In this document: in pieces, positions 27,670 through 37,310 of the stretch
Position numbering within the stretch: the stretch's first letter is position 1
How the letters are laid out: every line of letters starts with the position of its first letter
From: an uncultured archaeon
Lineage (GTDB): Archaea > Altiarchaeota > Altiarchaeia > IMC4 > QMZM01
Length of the DNA: 62,295 nucleotides
NCBI GenBank assembly: GCA_965602195.1
Contig: CBFCYF010000002.1
Span: 1 to 62,295, forward strand
Reading direction: 5' to 3'
The notes under the pieces: model-generated
The model's database searches: none
Told to the model about the DNA's origin: nothing
What the model saw: the letters and a program-made list of their open reading frames with translations, nothing else
Made by a program: the position numbers and the translations under genes

Positions 27670-28062
27670 ATGGGTGGGTTTCTTGAGTGGTCTGAAAGGA
27701 ATTCTAGGGTAGTATGGTCTGCTACTGCCCTCTATATGCTGTTAATATTCCTCATATCATCCGTATCCTATCCTCCTCAGCCGTTGCCTCTGAAGGGATA
27801 TGCTCCGATCATAGAGCACATGTTTGAGTTTGGAATCCTTGGTTTCCTGCTTTATACATCATTCAAGATTAATAAAAACACGCAAAGGAATGCTTTTATT
27901 CTGGCTGTATCTGCTGCCATCCTGTATGGGATCTCTGACGAGATTCATCAGGCGTTCGTTCCAGGCAGAGTTCCGGATTTAGCTGACGTGCTGGCAGATT
28001 CTATTGGGGCAATCATTGCCATAACAATAGTGAACTCAAAGATGAGAGTAAGAAGTCAATGA
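27670..28062 (+). CDS. VanZ-like membrane protein
   Basis: GISDEIHQAFVPGRVPDLADVLADSIGA matches the VanZ motif. Confidence 0.5.
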   Translation: MGGFLEWSERNSRVVWSATALYMLLIFLISSVSYPPQPLPLKGYAPIIEHMFEFGILGFLLYTSFKINKNTQRNAFILAVSAAILYGISDEIHQAFVPGRVPDLADVLADSIGAIIAITIVNSKMRVRSQ

Positions 28063-28937
28063 GTTAGATCCAGGCCGAGGTCTCTGGCTGCATTCAGGGC
28101 CTCATTGTATTGCCCGAAATCAAGCCTCCCTCTTAATTCCGGGTAGTCCATCGCCCTGTACATTGGCCTGTATTGTGCCATGATATTCACCTTAGCTGAT
28201 TCGGTATTCTCTGCTATCCATTCTAATATGGGGATCGTGCAACACTCAAGGTGACCTGGCAACATCAGATGCCTGATGAGTAATTCAGCTTGTTTTGCAG
28301 CTATTCCATGGTTTCTCTCTGTTATCCTCATATAATCCCTGACATCAGATAGTCTTTCGGCGCATTCATCATTTCCGTATTTGAAGTCTGTGAGATAGAC
28401 GTCAACTACACCATCCAGTAGGTTCATGGCGTCTTCTGTCAGATACATGTTGGAGTTCCATACCTGGGGGGTGTTCTTATCCAGAGCCTCCAACACCTTA
28501 AGGATGTAGGCGATGTTGGGTGTTGGGTCTCCCCCAACCCAGTTCACGTTCCTCGCCGTTCTGCTTTCGATTAATCTTGCCAGGCCACCGGGTTTGATGT
28601 AGGATCCCCTGTCCGGGTGTTGGCTTATATCCCAGTTCTGGCAGTAAACGCATCTGAATGTACAGCCTGCAAAGAATATTGTGTGGGAGGGAACCAGCTC
28701 CGGCTCCTCACCTATGTGGATGAACTCAGAGGATATCCTGGGTTCCAGAACCCTGCAGTAGCCTACGTCTCCTATGAGTCGGTTAACCTTGCATCTTCTT
28801 TCGCAGAAGTGGCAACATTCCATAATATTCTTTGCCTCCTCAACCTTATCCTGGAGATTCCCGCACAGTAGATAACGTGCTTTTTCCTTTCCTTCAAGGA
28901 TGGAGAAATACCTACTGAGTGGTTTTTTATCTTTCAT
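28056..28937 (-). CDS. Radical SAM enzyme, AmmeMemoRadiSam-type (PFL-activase-like)
   Basis: N-terminal CHFCERRCKVNRLIGDVGYC (C-x2-C-x3-C...G-x2-G-x-C); CX3CX2C cluster CTFRCVYC. Confidence 0.6.
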   Translation of the reverse strand: MKDKKPLSRYFSILEGKEKARYLLCGNLQDKVEEAKNIMECCHFCERRCKVNRLIGDVGYCRVLEPRISSEFIHIGEEPELVPSHTIFFAGCTFRCVYCQNWDISQHPDRGSYIKPGGLARLIESRTARNVNWVGGDPTPNIAYILKVLEALDKNTPQVWNSNMYLTEDAMNLLDGVVDVYLTDFKYGNDECAERLSDVRDYMRITERNHGIAAKQAELLIRHLMLPGHLECCTIPILEWIAENTESAKVNIMAQYRPMYRAMDYPELRGRLDFGQYNEALNAARDLGLDLTH

Positions 28938-28968
28938 ATTGAATAATTAGGTATATATTTTACATAAA

Positions 28969-29736
28969 ATGGATGATGTTATGATAAGAATACTGGAGAG
29001 ACCCCAGTTGGAGAATACCATTATGGTGGAGGGGTTGCCGGGGATAGGTTTGGTTGGGAAGCTGGCAGCAGACCATATGCTGGATGAATTAAATGCCAAG
29101 AAGTTTGCTGAATTATATTCCTATTACCTGCCTCCCCAGATCAACATCAAGCAGGACAATACGGTTGATCTGGTGAACATGAGCTTTTACTATAAAAAAG
29201 GAGACAAAAACGATTTAATCATCCTGTTGGGTGATTTCCAGGGGATAACCCCTGACAGCCAGTATCTTATCGCAGATAGGACCCTGGATTTTGCAGAAGA
29301 GTTTAATGTAGGGAGGCTATTCACTTTAGGGGGTCTGGGAACTGGTGCTATAACTAAAACACCTAAGGTTTTTGGAGCGGCCACGAGCCGTGAGTTGGTG
29401 GAGGAACTAGGCAGGAATGGGGTGGTATTCAGGGGGAATGGCGCTATTTTCGGGGCCTCGGGTTTATTGCTTGGCCTTGGAATGCTTAGGGGGATGGAGG
29501 CTGCATGCCTTATGGGTGAAACCCACGGGCAGATAATTGATGCCAAGTCTGCGGAGTCTGTTCTCATAGTCCTTACCAAGATTCTTGGAATCGAGGTCGA
29601 TATGGCTGCCTTAGAGGAGAAAGCAAAGAAGACGGAGGAGCAGATGAAGCAGGTGAGTAGCATGATGGAGGAACAGAAGAAGGCAGTGGATAGAGCTCAG
29701 AAGTTCGCGGACGAGATCCCTTCTTACATCAGGTAG
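28969..29736 (+). CDS. PAC2-family protein (proteasome assembly chaperone-like)
   Basis: VEGLPGIGLVGKLAADHMLDEL is typical of PAC2/COG1938. Confidence 0.5.
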   Translation: MDDVMIRILERPQLENTIMVEGLPGIGLVGKLAADHMLDELNAKKFAELYSYYLPPQINIKQDNTVDLVNMSFYYKKGDKNDLIILLGDFQGITPDSQYLIADRTLDFAEEFNVGRLFTLGGLGTGAITKTPKVFGAATSRELVEELGRNGVVFRGNGAIFGASGLLLGLGMLRGMEAACLMGETHGQIIDAKSAESVLIVLTKILGIEVDMAALEEKAKKTEEQMKQVSSMMEEQKKAVDRAQKFADEIPSYIR

Positions 29737-29845
29737 AACTGGCAACTCGGTCAGTGGGACCAATCGTAGCGCACGTTCCACCTTTCGCTAACGAAAAAAA
29801 TCTTCGATTTTTGAGTTCCTAAAATCGGCAAAGCTGATTTTCCAG

Positions 29846-30127
29846 AGCCTTTGAAAAAGGCTGCTCGGACTTAGCCGAGCTCGGAGTTAGCCGAGGACTA
29901 AGGTGTGTTTCGCTTTTGCTCAAGCACACTGAATGAGTTTAGTTCAGGGGGGTTGAACAAAGTGAATGCCCCCCCTTTCGCCAGCCTTTCTTAAAGGCTG
30001 TTCGGAGTTTGCCGAGGACAAAGGTGTGTTTCGCCCCTCCGGGGGCTCAAGCACACTGAATGAGTTTAGTTCAGGGGGGTTGAACGAAGTGAATGCCCCC
30101 CCTTTCGCCAGCCTTTCTTAAAGGCTG
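29846..30127 (+). repeat. Tandem array of about 2.3 copies of a ~123-bp structured repeat (possible ncRNA or MITE-like element)
   Basis: Unit A 29880-30000 and unit B 30001-30127 are about 93% identical. Each ends in the hairpin cagcctttcttaaaggctg and contains a G7/C7 stem. A T-tract follows at 30141-30150. Confidence 0.75.
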
Positions 30128-30765
30128 CTTTTGAGGTATATTTTTTTATAGTAGTTGTAGTTCAGTAAACTTGCCAGGAGTAGATAGAGAAGCCATCTCC
30201 AGGGAGGCATGAGGTTGAAGTAGGTCTGGATTTTCCCCAGAGGAGAGAAGTGTTCCCTGAACTCGTCGTCTGTCATCTTCCAGCCGTAGGTTTCTGTTTT
30301 GTTCTTTATGGTGTCGTTTCTCATCACGTAAACATGAGCTTCTTGTCTGATGATCTCCTCCCTGTAGCATCTGCCGTATTTCTCCTTGGTGTATCTATAA
30401 ACTGCTTTAGTCAGTATCGCCAGATCCTCGCAGTCGCCGGCTCCTTTATCTATTGTCTCATGGGGGTACGCCCAATACTCTACATTCCAGTAGATTTCAT
30501 GATCATGCATCTCCTGTATTCTTTCATGAACATAGCTTTCCGGTCTCTCACGGCTGTAGTTGTAGGCCTCTTCTGCAAACTCTATGAACCGGGGGTCGTC
30601 GACAACCACCATAGCCTCGATTCCATGAGACTGCCTGCATAGTTGCTCAAGGAATAACAGGGGGTTGGGGAATGATATCAGAAGGAACAAAAACAGGTTC
30701 ATGGAAACTATAACTGCAATCCTCAGGTACCATGTCCTACCTACAAGTCTCACCCACCCACTCAT
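30118..30765 (-). CDS. Membrane protein, possibly transglutaminase-like cysteine peptidase
   Basis: GAGDCEDLAILTKAVYRY...EAHVYV...ND gives a weak Cys-His-Asp core; N-terminal TM. The start was moved to the internal Met to avoid a 53-nt overlap with lig. Confidence 0.3.
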   Translation of the reverse strand: MSGWVRLVGRTWYLRIAVIVSMNLFLFLLISFPNPLLFLEQLCRQSHGIEAMVVVDDPRFIEFAEEAYNYSRERPESYVHERIQEMHDHEIYWNVEYWAYPHETIDKGAGDCEDLAILTKAVYRYTKEKYGRCYREEIIRQEAHVYVMRNDTIKNKTETYGWKMTDDEFREHFSPLGKIQTYFNLMPPWRWLLYLLLASLLNYNYYKKIYLKSSL

Positions 30766-30778
30766 CTTTTCAATACCT

Positions 30779-32470
30779 TTATGCTTTGAAGATATCCTCC
30801 ACTCTCGCGATCGTCTCCGCATCACCCACACCCTTGTCCTGCCTGATTCTCACCAGTCTAGGGAACCTTAGCGCATATCCTGAGGTGTATGTGGGGGATT
30901 TCTGGATTTCCTCATATGCGACCTCCACAACAATCCTTGGTTTCAGTGTTACCTCCGTGCCCTCCTGCCTCACAACATCATCTCCCAGAAGTTGAGTCAT
31001 ATCTTTCAGTTGCTCATCGGTAAATCCGGTGCCCATCCTTCCGATCGTGAGCAGTTCTCCGGTATCCGGGTCCAGTGTCGCAAGAAGAAATGAGCCCAGC
31101 CAGTGAGCCCGCCTACCCTCACCCCAGGTGGCTCCCACAATCACCAGATCCAGAGTCTCCATTACTGGCTTGATTTTATACATGTAGCCAACCCTTGAAC
31201 CAGGCTGATAGGGGGCATCAAGGTTCTTGGCTATAACCCCCTCATGCCCCTTCTCAATAGCGAGTGAATAGAATCCCTCAGCCTCCTTGGGATTATCTGT
31301 GAGTAGATGCTCAGCCAGTCTAAAATCAGGGCTTTCCTCTACTATGCTCTCCAGGATATTTCTTCTCTTTGCGAATTTCTCATCTATTATGTTATGTCCC
31401 CTGTAATAAACAATATCAAATAAATTGATTTCAACCGGAATCTTATCCACCATCTCCCTGATATGATATTTTCTCTTAATCCGCCTGGATAGATCCTGGA
31501 AAGGCCGGGGTCTCCTATTTCCTTTGGATTTTATGGCCACCAACTCACCTTCAACGATCACATCATCCTCCCTTAGATTCTCTTTGGCGGATTTTACTAT
31601 CTCAGGGAACTGCTTGGTTACGTTCTCCAGTCTCCGGGTGAACAGGAGGACCCCATCATCCGTCTTATGGATCTGGAGTCGTACACCATCATATTTAATC
31701 TCAAAGGCTGCGGGGGAGAACTTATCTAGGGCTTCCTTGATGCCGCCTACTTTCTTAGCCAGCATCACCTCTATAGGCCTTCCGCAGGTGATATCCACCT
31801 TCCCTAAACCCGTGTTTCCCTCTGATTTCGCAATCCTTGTCACCTCTCCAAGATCAGATGTAAGGGCATAAGCTCTATCCACCAGTTTCGAATCCGCCTT
31901 AAATGCCTGGGATATGGCATCTTTCACAATACCATCGCCCACCCCCAGCCTCAACTCCTGAAGTATCAACCTTACGATGTATCTGCTCTCCATGGGCTCG
32001 GCAAAGGATAGTAGTTCCTTGATGTAGCCTATTTTTTTCTCCTGACTCTTCATCCCTGTTAGTCCAGCTAGTTTATCCAGATTACTATAAACCTTGCCTA
32101 GGGTTAATTTCTCCACAAAAAGAGTGGTCTGGGTCTTCCTGATGAGAACTTCCTCCGCCACCAAACCAATATCCCCCTTAACCCTCAGCTTATCTTCCAC
32201 ATCCTGCTGGGAGATACCTGCGATATCGGCAATTGCTTTGATCATCAGTTTACTTCCTATCCCCAGCTCTTTTCCACTCCACCCGGGGAACACCTTCCCT
32301 CTCAGAAATAATAGAACAATGGGTAGGGAATCCTCCGGAACATCACCCAGGAATCTGGAGATTATGTCTGTCATCTCCAGTCTTCCTGCGACATTCTCCA
32401 GTTCCCTAAATACCTTGGCGAGAACAAAAAAATCCATCTTGGGGGGGGATACATCAAACAGATTCCACAC
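30779..32470 (-). CDS. lig: ATP-dependent DNA ligase
   Basis: KxDG adenylation motif EIKYDGVRLQIHK; OB-fold region; about 560 aa. Confidence 0.9.
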   Translation of the reverse strand: MWNLFDVSPPKMDFFVLAKVFRELENVAGRLEMTDIISRFLGDVPEDSLPIVLLFLRGKVFPGWSGKELGIGSKLMIKAIADIAGISQQDVEDKLRVKGDIGLVAEEVLIRKTQTTLFVEKLTLGKVYSNLDKLAGLTGMKSQEKKIGYIKELLSFAEPMESRYIVRLILQELRLGVGDGIVKDAISQAFKADSKLVDRAYALTSDLGEVTRIAKSEGNTGLGKVDITCGRPIEVMLAKKVGGIKEALDKFSPAAFEIKYDGVRLQIHKTDDGVLLFTRRLENVTKQFPEIVKSAKENLREDDVIVEGELVAIKSKGNRRPRPFQDLSRRIKRKYHIREMVDKIPVEINLFDIVYYRGHNIIDEKFAKRRNILESIVEESPDFRLAEHLLTDNPKEAEGFYSLAIEKGHEGVIAKNLDAPYQPGSRVGYMYKIKPVMETLDLVIVGATWGEGRRAHWLGSFLLATLDPDTGELLTIGRMGTGFTDEQLKDMTQLLGDDVVRQEGTEVTLKPRIVVEVAYEEIQKSPTYTSGYALRFPRLVRIRQDKGVGDAETIARVEDIFKA

Positions 32471-32684
32471 TCTTTATCTCAGGGATTTCCTTCTTTAATG
32501 TGGCTTCCACAAAGGCTTTGAGGGTCATCTGGGAGATGGGACAACCAGCGCACGCACCCTTCAGCCGCACCTTCACAACCCCATCATCTACATTCACAAG
32601 TTCGATGTCTCCTCCATGATCCTGTAATGCGGGCCTTATTTTTTCCAGAGCCTCATCCACACACTTTTTGATATCCTTAGCCAT
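32454..32684 (-). CDS. NifU-like (Nfu C-terminal domain) Fe-S assembly protein
   Basis: GGDIELVNVDDGVVKVRLKGACAGCP. Confidence 0.75.
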   Translation of the reverse strand: MAKDIKKCVDEALEKIRPALQDHGGDIELVNVDDGVVKVRLKGACAGCPISQMTLKAFVEATLKKEIPEIKSVESV

Positions 32685-32759
32685 TTACTTTCTTTATTAA
32701 ATTGGATATGCATCTATTTAAACACATGCTGTGTTTACCTCCCCGGTTATGGTTTGCAA

Positions 32760-33308
32760 TCACCATGGTGTCTTCTTTAATTTTCTCAGCCATGCCGTGA
32801 AATTAGCTGCCACATGGATTACTGGCGTTATAACAATCAGGACATAGAATCTGTCGTAGTTGATTTCTCCCAGGAGAAGCCAGGAGAAGAAGATTGCGCC
32901 GAAGAAAAAATCCAGTTGATCCAGCAGGGGGGCGGGGTCTCCTCTTCCCAACCCACTCATCCTCTTCACAAAGGACGCAGCCATATCCCCCACCAAGGCT
33001 CCTGTGGATAGCATGAAGGCAAGAGGCACCGTCATGGTATAGAGTTCAAGATTCTCTATATGAATTCCTGGATGAATGATCTGCTGGATTAAACCCGCCA
33101 GGGTTCCGAGAGTGATTCCGGCAATCAGACCCCTCCATGTCTTCCCGTCACCAAGGATCCTCACACCCCACAGGCGTTTCCCTCCGTCCACTGGTTTGCC
33201 GTATTTCGCAAGTACCCTGACTTTTGACACCTCAACGGGGGCTGAATTAGCCACATAAGCTGGCAGGATAAACCACAGTGCATCGATGAGTCTCAGCCAC
33301 AAATCCAT
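32760..33308 (-). CDS. carS: CDP-archaeol synthase (DUF46)
   Basis: LPAYVANSAPV and DGGK...GDGKTWRG motifs; 5 TM. Confidence 0.55.
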   Translation of the reverse strand: MDLWLRLIDALWFILPAYVANSAPVEVSKVRVLAKYGKPVDGGKRLWGVRILGDGKTWRGLIAGITLGTLAGLIQQIIHPGIHIENLELYTMTVPLAFMLSTGALVGDMAASFVKRMSGLGRGDPAPLLDQLDFFFGAIFFSWLLLGEINYDRFYVLIVITPVIHVAANFTAWLRKLKKTPW

Positions 33309-33363
33309 AATATTTAATCGTCTTGGATATTAATAAGCTACAGCAAATAATTAATGACCTACG

Positions 33364-34575
33364 ATGAAAATCCTGCTCATATTATGTGACGGAATCGGCG
33401 ACAGGCTGACTGACGGGAAGACACCCCTTGAGGTTGCCCGAACCCCCTACATGGATAAGATGGCGGCAAGTGGGGTAGCTGGGATAATGGATACTGTGAG
33501 GGCGGGTGTGAGACCCGGAAGCGACACAGCCCACCTGTCACTGTTTGGCTATGACCCGTTCAGGGTGTACACGGGGAGAGGCCCTTTTGAGGCTGCGGGT
33601 GTCGGCCTGAAGCTGGATGCGGGAGATGTAGCAATCCGCTGCAATTTCGCTACCTTAGAGGATGGAAGGGTAGTGGACAGGAGGGCTGGTAGGCAGGAGG
33701 AAGGTCTTGCGGACCTGGCGGGGGAGCTTCATAATCTAAAGATCAGTGATGCAGAAATTATCTTCAAAAAGTGTGCAGGTCACAGAGCCGTCTTGGTCCT
33801 CAGGGGGGAACACCTATCATCTGCTGTAACGGACACAGATCCTGAGGGATCTAATGTTCCGTGGAACAGGTCAAGGTCAACAGACGGAGGAGAGGAATCC
33901 AAGAGAACAGCGCAGATACTGAATGAATTCACCCAGAAGAGCATAGATGTTTTCCAGAACCACACCCTAAACCGGGAGAGAGTGAGGAGGGGGAGTTTAC
34001 CTGCTAACATAATCCTTTCCCGGGGGGCTGGAATAAAGCCGGAGCTTGAAAGTTTTGAGGAGAGATATGGGGTTAAGGGAGCATGCATATCAGCTACCAC
34101 GCTCATAAGGGGGGTATGCTCTAGCATCGGGATGGATATAATAGATGTCCCCGGAGCTACAGGTCATGTGGACTCCAACATAGCGGGGAAGGCTCAGGCG
34201 GCGATCAACGCACTGAAAAAACATGATTTTGTTTTTCTGCATCTGAAGGGAACCGATGAGGCCAGCCATGATGGAAGTTTCCAGAAGAAGAAGGAGATGA
34301 TAGAGAGAATCGACGGGGAGGTGATAAAGTCGATTCTGGAGGATGTAGGTGACACTACTATTGCGTTGACAGGGGACCACTCTACGCCTGTGGGTATAGG
34401 GCAGCATTCTGCGGATCCGGTGCCTTTAGTGATTACAGGTGATGTGAGAGTCGATTCCGTAAAGAGATTCGATGAGAGAAGCTGCTCTAGTGGAGGTATG
34501 AACAGAATCTGTGGGAGGGATTTGATGGCTATTCTCCTGGATTTAAGTGATAATGCCCGTCTCTTCGGAGCCTAA
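33364..34575 (+). CDS. apgM: 2,3-bisphosphoglycerate-independent phosphoglycerate mutase, archaeal type
   Basis: [14 protein letters not shown] and LTGDHSTP are metalloenzyme motifs. Confidence 0.85.
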   Translation: MKILLILCDGIGDRLTDGKTPLEVARTPYMDKMAASGVAGIMDTVRAGVRPGSDTAHLSLFGYDPFRVYTGRGPFEAAGVGLKLDAGDVAIRCNFATLEDGRVVDRRAGRQEEGLADLAGELHNLKISDAEIIFKKCAGHRAVLVLRGEHLSSAVTDTDPEGSNVPWNRSRSTDGGEESKRTAQILNEFTQKSIDVFQNHTLNRERVRRGSLPANIILSRGAGIKPELESFEERYGVKGACISATTLIRGVCSSIGMDIIDVPGATGHVDSNIAGKAQAAINALKKHDFVFLHLKGTDEASHDGSFQKKKEMIERIDGEVIKSILEDVGDTTIALTGDHSTPVGIGQHSADPVPLVITGDVRVDSVKRFDERSCSSGGMNRICGRDLMAILLDLSDNARLFGA

Positions 34576-34973
34576 TTAATCTCATTGGATACTGCCTTCA
34601 ATATGTCGCTGTTGGAGATGACACCCACTATGTTGCCGTTCTCAACCACTGGAAATCTCCTGATGTTTGCTCTTTGCATGATCCTGGCAACGTCTCCAAT
34701 GCGCATATCAGGGGTGACTGAAAGCAGAGGGTAGGACATTATATCAAGTGCCTTGGTTTTGTCGATATCCTCTTTATCGAGCAATATCCTGATTAGCACA
34801 TCTTTCCTGGTTACCATCCCATATTTTCCTTCCGGCTTGGAGATCTCCACTATAACACTGGTTACATGCTTATCTCTCATCTCCTTCATAATGCCGGATA
34901 GTGACGTGTCTGTGGGAACAGTTGCTACGTCCCTAGCCATAATGTCTTCAACATTAATCCTAAATTTTTTCAT
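34572..34973 (-). CDS. CBS-pair domain protein
   Basis: Two CBS motifs (VTSVIV, RRFPVV). Confidence 0.7.
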   Translation of the reverse strand: MKKFRINVEDIMARDVATVPTDTSLSGIMKEMRDKHVTSVIVEISKPEGKYGMVTRKDVLIRILLDKEDIDKTKALDIMSYPLLSVTPDMRIGDVARIMQRANIRRFPVVENGNIVGVISNSDILKAVSNEIN

Positions 34974-35024
34974 TGTAATTATATGTGGGAAATGCTATAA
35001 ATATCATTCCTTCAATATAGTATC

Positions 35025-35996
35025 ATGGAGAAGTACAGGGCTCAGCAGCTGGCAAAGTGGCTGGACATCACAGATCAACAGTTAGACATACTGATGTCTA
35101 TCTACAGGCTGCAGGTGGATGGGGTGGAGACCTCCCCGAAACACATAGCCGGGCAATATATAGCTGATTACGGTGGGGGCCTCCAGAAATCCAATCTCTT
35201 TGCTCAGATCAGAAATCTTATAGCTGAAGGCCTTGTGATTAAGGAAAAAAAGGGAGTTTACTGCGTAAATCTGGATACAATGGATCATATCCTTGGCACC
35301 AGGAGATCGGAGCTGGAAGGAGAACTACATGAGTTCGATCAGATATCAAGCGAAGCCAGAGAGTATTTCAAAAAAACGGTTCTTTCAACCATAAAACACT
35401 CCGCGGATTTTCTCACCTATAGTGATCTCTACAAGGCGATAACAATGTCCATCAAAAACGCCACAACCCTATATCTGACCTGTGATTTCCCCACCATCGC
35501 GTACCCTTATTCAACAGCAAAGGGCATAGGCAGAGATAACTATACCAAGGCTATATGGGATAGATGCTTCGACAAAAACGAGTTAGAGGTGAAATACCTG
35601 ACCAATCTCGATGTGGACCTTCCCTTCAACCACGCCCTTAGGATATGCGGCGACCGCCAGACAGCATGCTCTGAGACGAAATTAATAATAGAGCAGCTTG
35701 CAAACCAGTCACGGATATATTCAATGCTGGACATCCGCTATACTGAGGATCTCCACTGCCTGGATGTTGTCATTCCCGAGAAAAACGAACCCAGGGAATT
35801 CTTCCTTTATGCTAAAGACGAGCACAAAAATATCCTCGGAGGATTCCATATCCGCTCAGCGGAGACCTCAATAAGCGCGAAGAATATGTTCCTCCATGGG
35901 TTCGAATACGCAGAACCGTTGAGGGGTCTTAAAGGGGGGGAAATCCTTAAGGGCGTGAGAGAGCGCCTTGAAAAGAAGTACATGGTTACCGGTTGA
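35025..35996 (+). CDS. Hypothetical protein, possible N-terminal winged-helix
   Basis: ORF only; no recognised catalytic motifs. Confidence 0.4.
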   Translation: MEKYRAQQLAKWLDITDQQLDILMSIYRLQVDGVETSPKHIAGQYIADYGGGLQKSNLFAQIRNLIAEGLVIKEKKGVYCVNLDTMDHILGTRRSELEGELHEFDQISSEAREYFKKTVLSTIKHSADFLTYSDLYKAITMSIKNATTLYLTCDFPTIAYPYSTAKGIGRDNYTKAIWDRCFDKNELEVKYLTNLDVDLPFNHALRICGDRQTACSETKLIIEQLANQSRIYSMLDIRYTEDLHCLDVVIPEKNEPREFFLYAKDEHKNILGGFHIRSAETSISAKNMFLHGFEYAEPLRGLKGGEILKGVRERLEKKYMVTG

Positions 35997-36008
35997 TTTT
36001 ACTGTCTC

Positions 36009-37271
36009 CTACCTATCCTGCCCTTTCAATAATTCTCTGGCTCTATCTACTCTGATATTGCCTTCCTCAACCAGGATTCCGGCGATTTCATCTATCTTCT
36101 TACCTTGTGCCCCGGCCATCACGGCAATATTCCTTGCATGCAGTGACATATGACCTCTCTGAATTCCCTCTCCCGCCAATGCCTTCAGTGCTGCAAGGTT
36201 TTGAGCCATACCAACTGCTGCTGCCACCTCACATAGTTCCCGGGCCGTCTTAACCCCTAGGATCCTGAGGGATGCTTTTGCTATGGAGTTCATTGTGGCC
36301 CCCCCCACTATACCGAGAGCTAATGGCATCTCAATCACGCCTTTCAGGTTTCCCTCATCATCTCTTTCCCAGCGGGTTAGTGGGCAATAGACTCCATCCC
36401 GGCAGGCGTATGAATGAGCCCCGGCCTCAACTGCCCGTGTGTCGTTTCCGGTGGCCACAGCAATCGAGGTGACCCCGTTCATCACCCCCTTATTGTGGGT
36501 TACGGCCCTGTATGGGTCGAATCTTGCAAATTCATACGCCATAAGAATTCCTTCCATCAACTCCTCCCCCAATATTTTCTCGGGTATGGTGGCTTCTGCT
36601 TTTGTAATTCTTTCCACGCAGTAATTCGACAGAATCTTTAAATATATTCTTCCCCCAGTAACATCCTCTATGTATGGGGCTGCTGCCTCGCACATGGTGT
36701 TCACGACATTTGCCCCCATGGCGTCTTTCACATCCACCAGCAGGTGGACGATAACCATAAATCCCTTGTCTGTGGATATAATCCGCACCTTAAGGTCCTC
36801 TGCTCCACCCCCCAGTTTGATAAGGATTGGGTCTTTTTTATTCGCTATCTCAAGAATCTCCTGCTTATTCCTGAGTATTTTTTCAGCTGCCTCATCAGGG
36901 TTCCCTGCGATGAGCTGGATCTGGCCTATCATCACTGCTTTACTGCTGTGGGTTTTGAAGCCGCCTCCTGCTCTAACCATTTTCGCTCCATTGCTTGCTG
37001 CTGCCACCACCGATGATTCCTCGGTTGCCATCGGAATCAAATAATCTCTTCCGTTAATCAGGAAGTTCACTGCTATCCCTAAAGGGATCTCGATCTTGCC
37101 TATGACGTTCTCTATCATCCCCTCTGCTTCTTCCATCGGGATGCCTTCCTCTATCGCTTCTATATCCGCATCCTCAAGTCCTGAGAATTCACTCACCGCT
37201 TTGAGTCTTTCCTTCCTGCTTAACTTGTAGAAGCCCGGTATACGTGAGGTTCTCTCATCTGTCATCTTCAA
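36009..37271 (-). CDS. hmgA: HMG-CoA reductase
   Basis: ENVIG, DAMGAN and GIVGG motifs. Confidence 0.85.
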   Translation of the reverse strand: MKMTDERTSRIPGFYKLSRKERLKAVSEFSGLEDADIEAIEEGIPMEEAEGMIENVIGKIEIPLGIAVNFLINGRDYLIPMATEESSVVAAASNGAKMVRAGGGFKTHSSKAVMIGQIQLIAGNPDEAAEKILRNKQEILEIANKKDPILIKLGGGAEDLKVRIISTDKGFMVIVHLLVDVKDAMGANVVNTMCEAAAPYIEDVTGGRIYLKILSNYCVERITKAEATIPEKILGEELMEGILMAYEFARFDPYRAVTHNKGVMNGVTSIAVATGNDTRAVEAGAHSYACRDGVYCPLTRWERDDEGNLKGVIEMPLALGIVGGATMNSIAKASLRILGVKTARELCEVAAAVGMAQNLAALKALAGEGIQRGHMSLHARNIAVMAGAQGKKIDEIAGILVEEGNIRVDRARELLKGQDR

Positions 37272-37310
37272 TATGATAATTAAGAAGGAGTAAAAATAAG
37301 GGAGGGGGCT

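Noticed and set aside
29190-29663. 157-aa minus-strand ORF inside the PAC2 gene
   Set aside because: It is antisense to the PAC2-family ORF and has no motifs.
30779-30831. 53-nt overlap between lig and the downstream membrane-protein ORF
   Set aside because: Most likely an over-extended start call. An internal Met at 30765 removes the overlap, so it is not treated as a programmed overlap.
36272-37044. Plus-strand ORFs inside hmgA
   Set aside because: They are antisense to HMG-CoA reductase, which has intact catalytic motifs.
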